DNA of 64,000 nucleotides from a virus (IMGVR_UViG_3300033068_001467:1-64000); one strand, 5' to 3'. Positions 42,137-53,694 are shown, counted from the first letter of the stretch. The notes: generated from the letters alone by a model not told the origin. Made by a program: numbers and translations.

Positions 42137-43096
42137 CAGAAAAATGGCGTTTAATTAAAAGTTTCACTTGGACGATGTTAGTTTTAATAGTTGTCTTTGA
42201 AATAGTAGTAATGTTAAAAGTAATAAGAGATGCAAGTATTTAAAACAAAATCATTCAATCCTGACATAACAGACAAGCAATTAGAAAGAAAAGTTAATAC
42301 AACTTCTTTTTTATCTTTTGAGCGCGCTATAAGAGAATCAGAAGAACTAAATAAACTAAGCAGAAAAATAGTTGGTTATCAAGTGACAGAACAAGGTATA
42401 ACTTTAATTTTAGAATAATGAGAGAAAAAATAATTGAAACGAAAGCACTTTTGATATATTGGCTTGTTTTAGCAATACACTTTTTTACCATATATTCTAA
42501 ATGGTATCTTACAAACGCTGCCAAACCAGGTAACTTTTGGTTATTATTCAGTATATTTAGTTTTTGTATGTTTATTATACAAGGAGTTAAATTAGAAATT
42601 TTAAGAAATAAAAAATGACACAAATAGTTAAAAATTGGTGGCAACGTCGCCAAGAAAAATTAAAACAGCAAGATTTCTCAACAGCAAGAGAAGTAATTCT
42701 ATACAATTTAAGTAACGATTTAACAACAGAAGAACAAATCAATTTGTTTAAAGATGTTTCTGATGTATTTACTAATAAGATGGTTAGTAGATTAGATAGT
42801 ATTAGTAGAGAGAAAATTGTTTTAGAGCGGTTTTTAGACATCAGTTCTTCAATTTCTTAATCTTTGCCTTTACGGCTTTAAATGCGCGAAATTATGGACA
42901 AAAATAGAGCACTAATAGAAATAGAAAAAATTATTTGGTCTAAAGACTCGGATAGTAAATCAAGTGAAAATATAAGAGCTGAAATAAAAGAAGTTTTAGC
43001 AGAATTGCAAACCTATCATTATAATTTAGGTAAAAGACAAGGATTGTTTAAAGCAATCAATTTATTAGAAGAATTTGCCAAAAAAGAATAAAAAAT

Positions 43097-43501
43097 ATGA
43101 ACACAATTAACATCGAAGGAAGAGACTTTACAATTGAACAATTAAAAGAACTTATTAATAAAAATGAAGATAAGCTACAAAGAGTTTTCATATTTAATAA
43201 AACAACAGAAGAAGAGTTTAATAAGAAATGGGACGGATTTGAAGACCATGAAAAATATGGAGCTTTAGAAAAATTAATAGTTAGTTTCTATAATAAAGGA
43301 GAAAAACCTGATTGGAAAAACGAAAAACAATATAAATATTTTCCATATTTTGTTATGGACTCAGATAACTTCCGTTTCGATGATTACGACGACTGTTGTA
43401 CTAACGCGTTTACTTCTTCCCGCCTCGCTTATTTAAGAAAAGAAGATATGTTAGAAGCTGTAGAAGTATATTTAGATGTTTATAAAAAATCAAGATTATA
43501 A
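43097..43501 (+). CDS. Conserved Bacteroidota-phage-type hypothetical protein
   Basis: KPDWKNEKQYKYFPYF...SSRLAY motif. Confidence 0.6.
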   Translation: MNTINIEGRDFTIEQLKELINKNEDKLQRVFIFNKTTEEEFNKKWDGFEDHEKYGALEKLIVSFYNKGEKPDWKNEKQYKYFPYFVMDSDNFRFDDYDDCCTNAFTSSRLAYLRKEDMLEAVEVYLDVYKKSRL

Positions 43502-43504
43502 GGT

Positions 43505-44476
43505 ATGAATCAAACACTTAAAAAAATAAACGAAGAGTCAATACTATTCTTTGATATAGAGGATGTTAGACAATCAAAAGAACTTATAGAAGGTTCTACT
43601 GAGTTTAACTTGTATAGAAAAAAAATAAGAAACAAGGAAACAGATGAATTACCTTCTGTTGAAGAAACTATAGAAAATTACAGAAAAAGAGGCGCACTAA
43701 AAATGTGCTACACTAAGATTGTATCTATAGGGGTGGGATTTATTAAAGATGACCAAGTTCACATAAAAGCATTAGAGGGTTCAGAAGAAGATATAATTAG
43801 ACAATTTTGTACTATTGCAAATTCTTTTGATTACATTTGTGGTGCAAATGTCATAGCGTTTGATATTCCAATGATTATTGTTAATGGAATGCGATATTTT
43901 AATGTCTCAGAACACTTAAAAAACGAGTACATCACATCAGGAAAAAAACCTTGGGAATTAAAGGCAATTATAGACCTTTTAGACCAATTTCGTGGAACAC
44001 ATTATGGTAATTCATCTGTTGATGAGATGTGCTTTCATTTTGGATTAGAATCAAGTAAATCTGAAATTGATGGTTCGATGGTAAGCGATGAGTATTGGAA
44101 AAATGGAGTTGATAAAATAAATACCTATGTAAAAAAAGATGTTTTTTCAAATATAAATATTTTTAAAAAAATGCGTTTTGAACAACCATTTGAAGCATTT
44201 ATTGATAAGAATCAAAACACAACAGTTGAACCTTTTGTAGAAGAAAGACCAATATTACAGAGGATTTATACATCAAAGATAATAACAACAGAGGATAAAA
44301 AACAGATAGAAGAAGTCTTAAAAAAGAATAAACTGTCCAAAAAAGAAAAAGACATTGTATTTGATTTAATTAAAGCATCATTAGCAGAGATAGACCAAAA
44401 TTTCGGCGCAATAAAAAATCAAAAACAGATAGATGAAATTATAAACCAATTAAGACAAGAATTTGAAAGCAATTAA
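43505..44476 (+). CDS. 3'-5' exonuclease (PolB-exonuclease-like, DEDD)
   Basis: LFFDIED, GANVIAFDIP, SVDEMC..FG....K..IDGS.V, YVKKDV. Confidence 0.85.
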   Translation: MNQTLKKINEESILFFDIEDVRQSKELIEGSTEFNLYRKKIRNKETDELPSVEETIENYRKRGALKMCYTKIVSIGVGFIKDDQVHIKALEGSEEDIIRQFCTIANSFDYICGANVIAFDIPMIIVNGMRYFNVSEHLKNEYITSGKKPWELKAIIDLLDQFRGTHYGNSSVDEMCFHFGLESSKSEIDGSMVSDEYWKNGVDKINTYVKKDVFSNINIFKKMRFEQPFEAFIDKNQNTTVEPFVEERPILQRIYTSKIITTEDKKQIEEVLKKNKLSKKEKDIVFDLIKASLAEIDQNFGAIKNQKQIDEIINQLRQEFESN

Positions 44477-45200
44477 AATAAATTTACCCAAAAAGTACGA
44501 TTATAAAGAAGGTATTTCAAGACCCGAATATAAAAAGTTTGATGGGTGGAATAAAATAAGTTATTCCCAAAATGGTTCTTTTAAAGATTATAAGGAACAA
44601 TATTTACAGGATTATATTTTAGGAGTAGGTACAGGGGAAAGTGGTATTTTTGCTAGCTTTGGGTCTGACTGCGGAGACTACCTAAATCCTTATGATACAG
44701 GTGATTACCTATTACTTTCAACAGAAGATAAAGTTATTTTAGATACTCTAAAAGAAAAACACCCCTTTAATGCGGAATTTGAATATGAAATTTTAATTGA
44801 TTTAGAACCTTTTGGATTAGAAAAAACGTGTGTTCAAGCTTTTACAGATAGGCAACACTATGTTGAAGATAAAATTCACATATTAGATTATAAAACATTA
44901 ACTATAAAAACAAAAAGAGCTTACTACGAATCAGATGACTACAAACAGCTTTCTGTTTATGGATACGGTTTAGAAGAGTTAGGTTTTAAGATAGGTAGAA
45001 CTTCAGTTACGGGACTTGGTAGACTTGGTAATACCACTGAACAAGGTAATAAAAATGTACTTAGACTTTCAGGAGAAATAATTGAGATAGAAAAACCTTA
45101 CGATAGAGAAAAAGCAATTTTAGCTATAAAAGAGATAGTAGAAAGTTGTAAAGAAATTTCTGAGTATTGGAAGATTTATTCAAAATTATTTGCACAATAA
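44463..45200 (+). CDS. PD-(D/E)XK (Cas4/RecB-like) nuclease
   Basis: FEYEI, QAFTDR, HILDYKT, QLSVYGY. Confidence 0.8.
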   Translation: MKAIKINLPKKYDYKEGISRPEYKKFDGWNKISYSQNGSFKDYKEQYLQDYILGVGTGESGIFASFGSDCGDYLNPYDTGDYLLLSTEDKVILDTLKEKHPFNAEFEYEILIDLEPFGLEKTCVQAFTDRQHYVEDKIHILDYKTLTIKTKRAYYESDDYKQLSVYGYGLEELGFKIGRTSVTGLGRLGNTTEQGNKNVLRLSGEIIEIEKPYDREKAILAIKEIVESCKEISEYWKIYSKLFAQ

Positions 45201-45369
45201 ATAATTAAGTAGTATATTTGCAGAACAAAAATAATAAATAGATTGACAGTTCTTAAAAGACAGCCTTGCTCGGTGTAAAGAGGTGTAGGGGATATAAGAT
45301 TAAGGATATGTATTACACCACAGAATTCCTGCAATCTATTTTTAAACTCAATTAAAACAATAAAAAAAG

Positions 45370-45790
45370 TAAGCAACTAACATTGGTGAATATCCAAAGC
45401 CATAAAAACTATAAGGTTAGAACACTAACAAGAAAGTGTGTTTGTTTACTGAGTATAATACGAGTATCTTGAACAAAGCGGTTGACTAAGGCTGTGGAGT
45501 AAGATTAGATAAAGTGTTCCTTAATCTTGAATAGGTGAGTTTTTTTAAAATATACAGAAACGGTAACTGACATGATAACCAAGTGAAAAGTGCCGTAGAA
45601 ATAGAGCATCTTGGCAACGTAAATGCTTTCCAAATCTTAACGTTGTATATATTGGTTAGTACTATACCACATAGGAAAGGAAGTACATTTAAAGATTCAG
45701 AAGTTCCAATGGCATGGGCTTGAAAAGTAAAAATATGATAAAGAGATTTTCATATCTGTTAGATAGAAGCTACACAAACTTTTCTTCTGT
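45370..45790 (+). ncRNA. ROOL-like large structured RNA (candidate)
   Basis: ORF-free about 600 bp gap downstream of a promoter (45189-45220). Blocks GAGTATAAT, GCGGTTGAC, GGTAACTG..AACCAAGT, TGCCGTAGAAATAGAGCA, GGCAACGTAAATGC, CCAATGGCATGGGCTTGAAAAGTA and ATATGA..TTTTCATAT resemble ROOL as recalled. Closing helix about 45431-45445 with 45771-45785. Confidence 0.55.
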
Positions 45791-46125
45791 TTCTTTTTTT
45801 TTATTCGGCGCAAAAAAACATTAAAAACAAATAAAATGAAAGAACCGCAAATAGAAGATTTTTATGATGAACTAGACCCCAAGAGGAATATCATCAACAG
45901 AGTATAATGAGTATTTAAAAGCTTTAGAAGAATATGAATGTAGTACAAGAGGAAATTTAGTATGACACTACATAAAGACATAGGTTATGACGAAATAGGA
46001 GAAGAATACTACGGTTTATATATTATAGACGAACAAGGTAAAATATTTTGTCAAGTATTCGAAGAAACAACAGAAATCTGCGATGAGAAAGCAGATAAAA
46101 TTTTAGAATTAAATTACTTATAAAT

Positions 46126-46967
46126 ATGAGATTAAATAAAAATTGGAGAATTGATACAAGTAATGATAATTGTACATTAATCTTTTCAGAAGAGAGGATT
46201 AGAAAAGACGGTAAGGATAAAGGAAAAACTTATGTTTTTGAAGAACCTTATTACTATGCCACCATACCTCAATGCCTTAAAGCGTTTTTAAACAAATCTT
46301 TAGAGAAAAGTAAAGATGTAGAAGACTGTCTTAAAAGAATTGATTTAGCTATGGAAGAAATTAAAAATTTAAAGTAAAGTGAAAAGATTATACGAAAAAT
46401 ACAAGAATAAATTAGTTAGACTAAGTGACGAAGTTATTGGAACAATTGTAGGCTATTCAGTAAGTCATCTAATTCTTTTATTAGAAGAAGGAGTAGAAGT
46501 AAGTTACTCTTTCAGTTTGGATGATTTAGCTGAAGAAGAGTTTTTTATAGATATGGAAGCTATTGGTGATTGTGATACTTGTTTGCTGTCTTGGGTGGAT
46601 GAAAATCAAATAAAGAAAAGAAGTGCAAATAAAGGATAGTATTTTAGAATTATTTGAATCTGAATTATCTCTCACTTGTTTTGATATTGCTAATCTCTTA
46701 TCAGTTGATGTGAATTATGTTTTAAAAGTAGTTTATGAAGTATTCGGTAATTATCATTGTGATTTTAGTGATTTATATTTAGTTCCGAGTATTGATTTAA
46801 AAGGCTGTTTTTATCTTTTTAGCGGTTTCGGAGAGAAAAAATTAGAAATAGAGAACAACTTAATAACTAACAATCCAAGTCTATCAGAAAAAGAACTAAT
46901 ATTTTTAAGTAAAAATTATAATATTTATATTGAAGAAACAAGAACACCCTTTCACCTGGAGCTTTAG
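46126..46967 (+). other. Three hypothetical ORFs (46126-46377, 46379-46639, 46623-46967)
   Basis: ORF track, contiguous. Confidence 0.6.
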
Positions 46968-47095
46968 CTATGGGAGTTGTCAATTAAAAAGGTAATATGG
47001 AAGAAGAAACTTGGACACGTTGGTGTGAAGTATGCCAAATGATGTCAACATTTTCAGATAATAATCCTTATGGAACTTGTAACTGTAGTTAAATT

Positions 47096-47299
47096 ATGAC
47101 AAAAAATAAAATATTGTGGGAGATATTTCTTAAAGAAGATTGTTCTCAAATACAATTTGCGCAAAAAGTAGGAATGAAAAGAACTGCAAATATCTCAATG
47201 TGGCTTTCAAATCAAAAAGATATTAGTTTTGAAAAGTTAGAAGATATAGCAAATAGATTAGGATATAAATTAAGTGTAAATTGCTTACAGAGAAATTAA
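47096..47299 (+). CDS. Cro/XRE-type helix-turn-helix protein
   Basis: SQIQFAQKVGM..TANISMWLS.QKDISFEKLEDIANRLG. Confidence 0.8.
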   Translation: MTKNKILWEIFLKEDCSQIQFAQKVGMKRTANISMWLSNQKDISFEKLEDIANRLGYKLSVNCLQRN

Positions 47300-48185
47300 C
47301 CAATTTTGAAAGTTAATGTTTAAGTTGTATATTTGTCGGATAATTACAGAATCCTTTTTCTGTTTTATTTTTATCGGCAAAAATTGATTTTAGACCCATC
47401 ACCACAAAATCGTCAAAAATATTAAGGTATAGCCTTAACAATTAAGACTAAATGGATACGGAGTGATGGCTGTTGAAATTTAGTTTTTTGCGTTAAGGTT
47501 ATTTTTTATTTTTAAACTATACCAACCATAAAAGGTATCAAGCCAATGACTATGTAACGATGAGTGTGGCTTTTATAGGGTTTTATAACTGCATCTTTGG
47601 AATAATAAGAAAACATAGCGGTGACATTTGAAGAGATTATTCTCGCAATCCTATGGTATAAAAGATAATAATATAGGCTACCCCTAAAGATTTTTAGAAT
47701 CTTCTTCGCAGAAATGTGTCGGGTCAGAGAAAGACGATTGGTAGTTAAGGTTATTATTAAAATGCACAAAGGAAAAGTTAAATTTTTTAAAAAATTTGAT
47801 TTGTTCCTAATGGGGTTACTATATCCATTACTAAGGGGTTATTTAGGTGTTAGTTTAGTTAATTTGTGTATAAAATAAAATATAATAGTTTTACACAATA
47901 CAAAACTGTTCTTTTTATATGCCGAAAATTAAATAATGTATAAATTAATCTCTTTATTATTATCGTCTACTAACAAAGATTCGGCGCATAATATAAAGGT
48001 AAAGAATATAAAAATAGATACAGTAAGAAAGAACTGTAGAAAAACAATAAGGAAGTAGTTGTTCTATTTTGTTTCGCCGAAGCTGTGCGGGGTTGTGAAC
48101 GTAGATAAAATTGTAAAATAATCATTAAAAAACTTGCACATTTAAAATAAACTACTTATATTTGCAGAACAATAAAACCAAAACA

Positions 48186-49181
48186 ATGACTTTAGATATT
48201 TTAAAACAATATGAGAAAGATGGACTATTATATAGTCAAACTCATCCAACTCTACCTTTAAGCATTTATAATTATACAGATAAAGTTCAATGGGAAAATC
48301 TTTGGGATGAAATAACTTTACAATGTAGAGGTCTTGTTGTAGATGATTTAGGAAATGTAGTTGCAAGACCTTTTAGAAAGTTTTTTAATTTATCTGAGGG
48401 TAAAACTAATGTAACAGAATCTTATGAGATTTTTGAGAAGCTGGATGGAAGCTTAGGTATACTTTTCTTCTATAAAAATCAATGGGTATTTGCTTCAAGA
48501 GGTTCATTTAATTCGGAACAAGCTATTAAAGGTAAAGAGATGTTAAATGTTGTTTGTAACTATAACCTTTTAAATAGAAATTACACATATTGCTTTGAAA
48601 TAATTTATAAAGAAAACAAAATAGTTGTAGACTACGGAGATTTTGAAGGAGTTGTTTTAACAGCAGTTTTTGACACTCAAACAGGTATAGAACAATCTCC
48701 TTACGAATATGATTTATTAACACCCTTAACATTTGACTCAGAGACATCTTTAAAAGATTTACATACAACTATAAAAGATACTGAAGAGGGCTATGTAGTG
48801 AGATTTTCAAATGGAGAACGTTGTAAGATAAAAGGTGCTGAATATTTAAGACTCCATAAAATGATGTCAGAAATGTCAACCACGGCTGTTTGGGATTGCT
48901 TGAGAAATGGAGATAGTATTTTGACTTTATTAGAGGGTTATCCTGATGAATTCTTCGATGTTGTCGCTCAATATGAACAAGAATTAATAAAAGAATTTAA
49001 AGGTATTGATGGAGAAGTTTGGGAAAAATACCTACAGATAGGGGAAGTAGAATCTGACAAAGAGTTTGCAGAGATTATAAAAGATTATAAATATAAACAT
49101 ATATTACTCTCTTTAAGAAACGGCAAAAGAATTGATGAGCAGATTTACAGATTAATTAAACCTGAATACAGAAGACTATGA
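48186..49181 (+). CDS. RNA ligase 1 (T4 Rnl1-like)
   Basis: IYNY, CRGLV, RPFRKFFN, motif I EKLDGSLG, FEII, EEGYVV, KIKG..YL..H. Confidence 0.9.
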   Translation: MTLDILKQYEKDGLLYSQTHPTLPLSIYNYTDKVQWENLWDEITLQCRGLVVDDLGNVVARPFRKFFNLSEGKTNVTESYEIFEKLDGSLGILFFYKNQWVFASRGSFNSEQAIKGKEMLNVVCNYNLLNRNYTYCFEIIYKENKIVVDYGDFEGVVLTAVFDTQTGIEQSPYEYDLLTPLTFDSETSLKDLHTTIKDTEEGYVVRFSNGERCKIKGAEYLRLHKMMSEMSTTAVWDCLRNGDSILTLLEGYPDEFFDVVAQYEQELIKEFKGIDGEVWEKYLQIGEVESDKEFAEIIKDYKYKHILLSLRNGKRIDEQIYRLIKPEYRRL

Positions 49182-49876
49182 ACATAAAAATAACAAAAGA
49201 ACAGCACGAAAGATTGTGTAACTTAGATTATGAAGAATATTTATTTGGTAGTCAATTACATGGTATAGCTAATGAAAATAGTGATTTTGATTATGTGAGA
49301 GTTATTTCAGATGATTTTTATGGTAATTTTAAATCTTTGGCGAAATTTTTACCTAACATACACTCTTTTCAATATACAGAAAGTAAAGAAAAGCAGTATC
49401 TTTGGATGACAGAAACTCAGTTTTATAGGGGATTATTTTCAGGCGATGGAAATCTACTTGCTGATATAATATTATTAAACGAAACTCATAAAGAATATAA
49501 GAATAGATTACACTTATGTAGATGCTACCGAGTGATAAAAGGCTATATAGGTGTTGCCAAAAGGGATTTAAGACTGCATGGAGATTGGAACAAAAAACTT
49601 TTTCATGCTCTAAGAAGTTTGTATATGGCTGAAAAATTAATCGACAATAAATTACCTACGGTAGACGGAATTAAAATACTGTATAAAAATTATTCTGAAT
49701 CTAATTTACCCTCAAAAAATACATTAGTTGAAAGAGAAAAACTCCTAAGAGAAAGATTAAATAATATGCTTAATAAAAATGAAATAACATTATTTCCTAT
49801 ATTTGACGAAGCGGACGATTTAGTAAATTTAATGTCACGAAATAATAATACAAAAGAGTTTAGATATGAAAGTTAA
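49178..49876 (+). CDS. Nucleotidyltransferase (Pol-beta superfamily)
   Basis: YLFGSQLHGIANENSDFDY; KKLFHALR. Confidence 0.8.
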   Translation: MNIKITKEQHERLCNLDYEEYLFGSQLHGIANENSDFDYVRVISDDFYGNFKSLAKFLPNIHSFQYTESKEKQYLWMTETQFYRGLFSGDGNLLADIILLNETHKEYKNRLHLCRCYRVIKGYIGVAKRDLRLHGDWNKKLFHALRSLYMAEKLIDNKLPTVDGIKILYKNYSESNLPSKNTLVEREKLLRERLNNMLNKNEITLFPIFDEADDLVNLMSRNNNTKEFRYES

Positions 49877-50483
49877 AATATTAAGTAGTTTTCCAAAACA
49901 AACATACAACTTTGATAAAGTGTGGTTTTCAAGTGATTTTCATTTAAATCACGAAGCTGTTATTAAATTTGGGCGTAAGTTTGACAATGTTACACACATG
50001 AACGACCATATTTTAGTTGAAACTAATAAGCTTGCAAAAAAGAATGACTTACTTGTACTTTTAGGAGATTCGCTTATGGGTGAAAAGAATTACAAACAAT
50101 TTTTAGATAGTTTAGTGTGTGATAATATTATTATGTTATTTGGCAACCATTGTAATAGAGGTAAATTACAAAGTGCTTTATTTGAGTGTGATAAATTACT
50201 ATACATTGGAGATTATTTAGAACTTAATATTGAGGGTCAAATAATTTGTTGTTCACATTTTCCTATGTTTAATTTTAACTATCAAGATGATGGCTCTTAT
50301 CATTTACACGGACATTTACATGGAGATGAGAATAGTATAATAAAAGAAATTCATAAATACCGTTCTATGGATGTTGGAATAGATTCTTATTATAATATGT
50401 TTGGGGAATACAGTTTATTTTCATTTGAACAAGTAAAAGAAATACTAAAAGATAAATTAATTATAGGAAGACATGAAAACTAA
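49866..50483 (+). CDS. Calcineurin-like metallophosphoesterase
   Basis: SDFHLNH, LGD, GNH, SHFP, HLHGHLH, DVGID. Confidence 0.9.
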   Translation: MKVKILSSFPKQTYNFDKVWFSSDFHLNHEAVIKFGRKFDNVTHMNDHILVETNKLAKKNDLLVLLGDSLMGEKNYKQFLDSLVCDNIIMLFGNHCNRGKLQSALFECDKLLYIGDYLELNIEGQIICCSHFPMFNFNYQDDGSYHLHGHLHGDENSIIKEIHKYRSMDVGIDSYYNMFGEYSLFSFEQVKEILKDKLIIGRHEN

Positions 50484-50865
50484 AGAACTGTTCTTATTAC
50501 GTGGAATTTGTGGTGCAGGAAAATCAACATTAGCTAAATCATTAGGAGGAAAACACGTTGAAGCAGATATGTTTTTTGAAAAAGATGGGCAGTATATATT
50601 TGACGCAACAAAAATAAAAGATGCTCATAAGTGGAGTCAGCTTTTAGTAGAACATGGGATGAAGGATAATGAAGAAAGGATTGTTGTAGCTAACACTTTT
50701 ACACAAGAGTGGGAAATGAAACCCTATTACGAGCTTGCTAAAAAATATAACTATAAGGTTTTTTCTTTGATTGTTGAAAATAGACATGGTGGTGTAAACT
50801 CTCACAATGTGCCCGAAGAAATTTTAAATAAAATGGAAAATAGGTTTGAAATTAAATTAAAATAA
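50473..50865 (+). CDS. Polynucleotide kinase-like P-loop protein (AAA_33)
   Basis: LLRGICGAGKSTLA, EADMFF, VVANTF, HNVPEE..KM..RFE. Confidence 0.85.
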   Translation: MKTKELFLLRGICGAGKSTLAKSLGGKHVEADMFFEKDGQYIFDATKIKDAHKWSQLLVEHGMKDNEERIVVANTFTQEWEMKPYYELAKKYNYKVFSLIVENRHGGVNSHNVPEEILNKMENRFEIKLK

Positions 50866-50882
50866 CTATATTTGCATAACAA

Positions 50883-52267
50883 ATGAGATACACAATACAA
50901 AAAGGAGACAAATTTAAATGTATAAAAACATTTATAATGGATGACGGAGAAAAAGCTTATACTAAAGGCAAAGATTATTTTTCAGAAGTAAAGAGTTGTA
51001 TAACAGATAATGCATTGTGTGTTTATCACAATATGGATAACGTTAAAGGATTTTTTAATTATTTTAAATTAGTAGAGGATGAAAAAACTAATTAGCATTT
51101 TAGTATTAGGAACTGTATTCAGTTCTTGTGGAGAAAGGGACGACAAGGTAAAACCTATAGAAATTTATAGAAATAAAGGTGTTATAGTTATAGAAGAGCC
51201 TTATGATTCAAATAGCGGTAAAGGAAATATGTATGTAAGATGTAAAACAAAAGATTCTGTATTCACTATAGGTATTACAGATTTTGACGCAAAAAATTTA
51301 AAAGTAGGAGACACATTATAAAAATGGAAAATAAGCACTTAGAATCAACAGAAAAATACATAGAGAAACTAAAATCTATGGACTATACACAACAACAAAT
51401 AGATGAAGTAATAAAATTCAGAAGTGAAGCAGATATAATGCCTTTTGATATGTTTACAGAACTTTGGCGCAATCAAAAAATAGTACAGAGAAAAGCTAAA
51501 TTAAAAACACCAAGAAACATTTTAGTTGTAGGAGACGAATTATTTTATTTAAATCATTACAACAAAAAATATGAATTGTGTGGAGAATTTAAAAACTTAG
51601 AATAAATTATGACATCAACATATAACGACGGGCTTGTAATTCACGAATTTGAATATAAAGAACCTGAAAGAAAAGACTTATTCTTAACTTGCTCTTGCGA
51701 ATCAGAGCTTTTAAGATTTAGTAAGTGGGAAGACGAAGAAGAGGTTTACATAACACTATATTCCTATCTTAACGAAAAGTATAGTTTTTGGGAGAGATTG
51801 AAATTTTTATTCGGTGGAAAAACCAAGACAGCGGATGTAGTGCTGAGTAAAAAGGAATTTAATAAATTAAAAAAATGGAAATAACTAAAGAAAAACTTAT
51901 CTGCGCTTTAAAATCTAATTTAGCACAAATTAATAAGGAATACTATTATGGAAGCAGTTATTCTGCTGAATTACGTTTAAAAGCAGGAGATTCTTACATA
52001 AGAGTCTACTCAGAAAGAAAACTTAAAAGAGAGACTATAGAAACAGAGGTAAATGTAAAGCCTAAATATTTTTGGCAAAAAACTGAAAAGAAAGTAATTG
52101 AAAAAGGTACACTTGTTTATGACGGATATAAATACTTTATCTCTTATGGTAAACAATTTGAAATTACAGAGGAAGAATATAACGATTTATTAGATAGTTA
52201 TAGAGATTATCAAAAACAAAAAGATTACAATACAATAGACGAATTATGCAAAACTACCAAGAATTAG
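50883..52267 (+). other. Small hypothetical ORFs, including a lipoprotein-like gene (51079-51321)
   Basis: ORF track; LGTVFSSC lipobox-like. Confidence 0.55.
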
Positions 52268-52779
52268 CAAAGAGAACATGTGCATCTTTAGGAGATGAGA
52301 AATTAGATTTAGCTCACATGATTTTAGGAATTATCTCAGAGCAAGAAGAATTATTACAAGCAATTGTAAAAGAAGATGAGGTAAATATGAGAGAAGAAAT
52401 GTCAGATATTTGTTGGTATTTAGCAAATTACTGTACTTTCAGAGGTTATGACTTTAATAAATTGGTTGAAGAATATCAATTTGATTTTGAATTAGAAGAA
52501 TGGGAAAGTGGTGTTTGCACATTTGATGTTTACAGCTCTAAACTAGCCGACTATGTTAAGAAATATATCGCTTATGGAAAACCTATTGACAGAGTTTTAG
52601 AAGAAAGAGCTTTAGGTGGAATAATCTATTCTTTTCAGTTTGAAGAGTGTTATTTTAGTTTTAAAGATGATTTGGACAGGAATATCAAAAAATTACAAGC
52701 AAGGTTTCCTGAAAAATTTTCACAAGAAAAAGCTTTAAACAGAGATTTAGAAACAGAAAGAAAAATATTAGAAAGTTAA
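52246..52779 (+). CDS. MazG-like NTP pyrophosphohydrolase
   Basis: HMILGIISEQEEL...REEMSDICWY...NIKKLQARFP. Confidence 0.85.
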   Translation: MQNYQELAKRTCASLGDEKLDLAHMILGIISEQEELLQAIVKEDEVNMREEMSDICWYLANYCTFRGYDFNKLVEEYQFDFELEEWESGVCTFDVYSSKLADYVKKYIAYGKPIDRVLEERALGGIIYSFQFEECYFSFKDDLDRNIKKLQARFPEKFSQEKALNRDLETERKILES

Positions 52780-53106
52780 AATTTGAGAGCAGTTTTAAAA
52801 TTTAATTTAGACAATCCTGATGACAATATAGCACATTTAAGGTGTGTTAAGTCGCAAGATTTGTGTATAGCTTTAGGAGAGTTTTTAAGAAATTCACGCA
52901 AAAAACTAGAAAACACAAACTATTCAACAGACAGCGATGTCTATGATGGGATAGAAATAACTTACAAGGAGTTATTTAATTTATTAGAGGAGTACAACAT
53001 TAATATAGATGAATTATTTTGAAAAGAATTAAATTTTGGATTTCATTAACACCTTATTTCTTGTTATTATTCTTCCTAATTTTTGTTTTAATTAAAATTA
53101 TTCAAT

Positions 53107-53694
53107 ATGTCATATATTAATGTTAAGTTACTTAAATCGAGAAATCTGTCTCTTTTAGATTTGCAGATACTACAATTAGCTAAACAAGCTAGAATAGAAG
53201 ATGTTTCAGACGTTTTAAGTGAATATTCTTTAAATGTGGATAGTTTATTTAACTTAGGGTATTTAGAGTCTATAAAGGGTAAAAAAGGAGAAACAAAATT
53301 TCAAAAAATCCGCACAACAAAATTAGGAAATGAGACCTTGGATTTAATATCTACTCCATTAATAACTGATGGAGACGTCCAAATGTATTCATATTTATGT
53401 CAGATGTACACGGAAGAGGATGCCACACGTACACTTGGGAATCGTAAAGCGGGCTTAAAGTATTGTACAGAATTCAGACAGATTATGGGATTTACTTTAC
53501 ATGAGATGTATTGGTTATGCTATATGTTTGTTCAAAACACCACATATTCAAAGGTATTGGAGTACATTTTCTTTGAAAAGAAGAACAACCCTTATGGAAA
53601 ATTTAAAGATAACTTAGAATCAAGTAAAATCTATCAGTTTTGGATGGATAACGAATATGAAATTAGAGAATTTTGGTCGGAAAAAATAAAATAA
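53107..53694 (+). CDS. Hypothetical protein upstream of the helicase (possible wHTH replication factor)
   Basis: ORF track; SLFNLGYLESIK...RTTKLG wing-like motif; context. Confidence 0.5.
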   Translation: MSYINVKLLKSRNLSLLDLQILQLAKQARIEDVSDVLSEYSLNVDSLFNLGYLESIKGKKGETKFQKIRTTKLGNETLDLISTPLITDGDVQMYSYLCQMYTEEDATRTLGNRKAGLKYCTEFRQIMGFTLHEMYWLCYMFVQNTTYSKVLEYIFFEKKNNPYGKFKDNLESSKIYQFWMDNEYEIREFWSEKIK

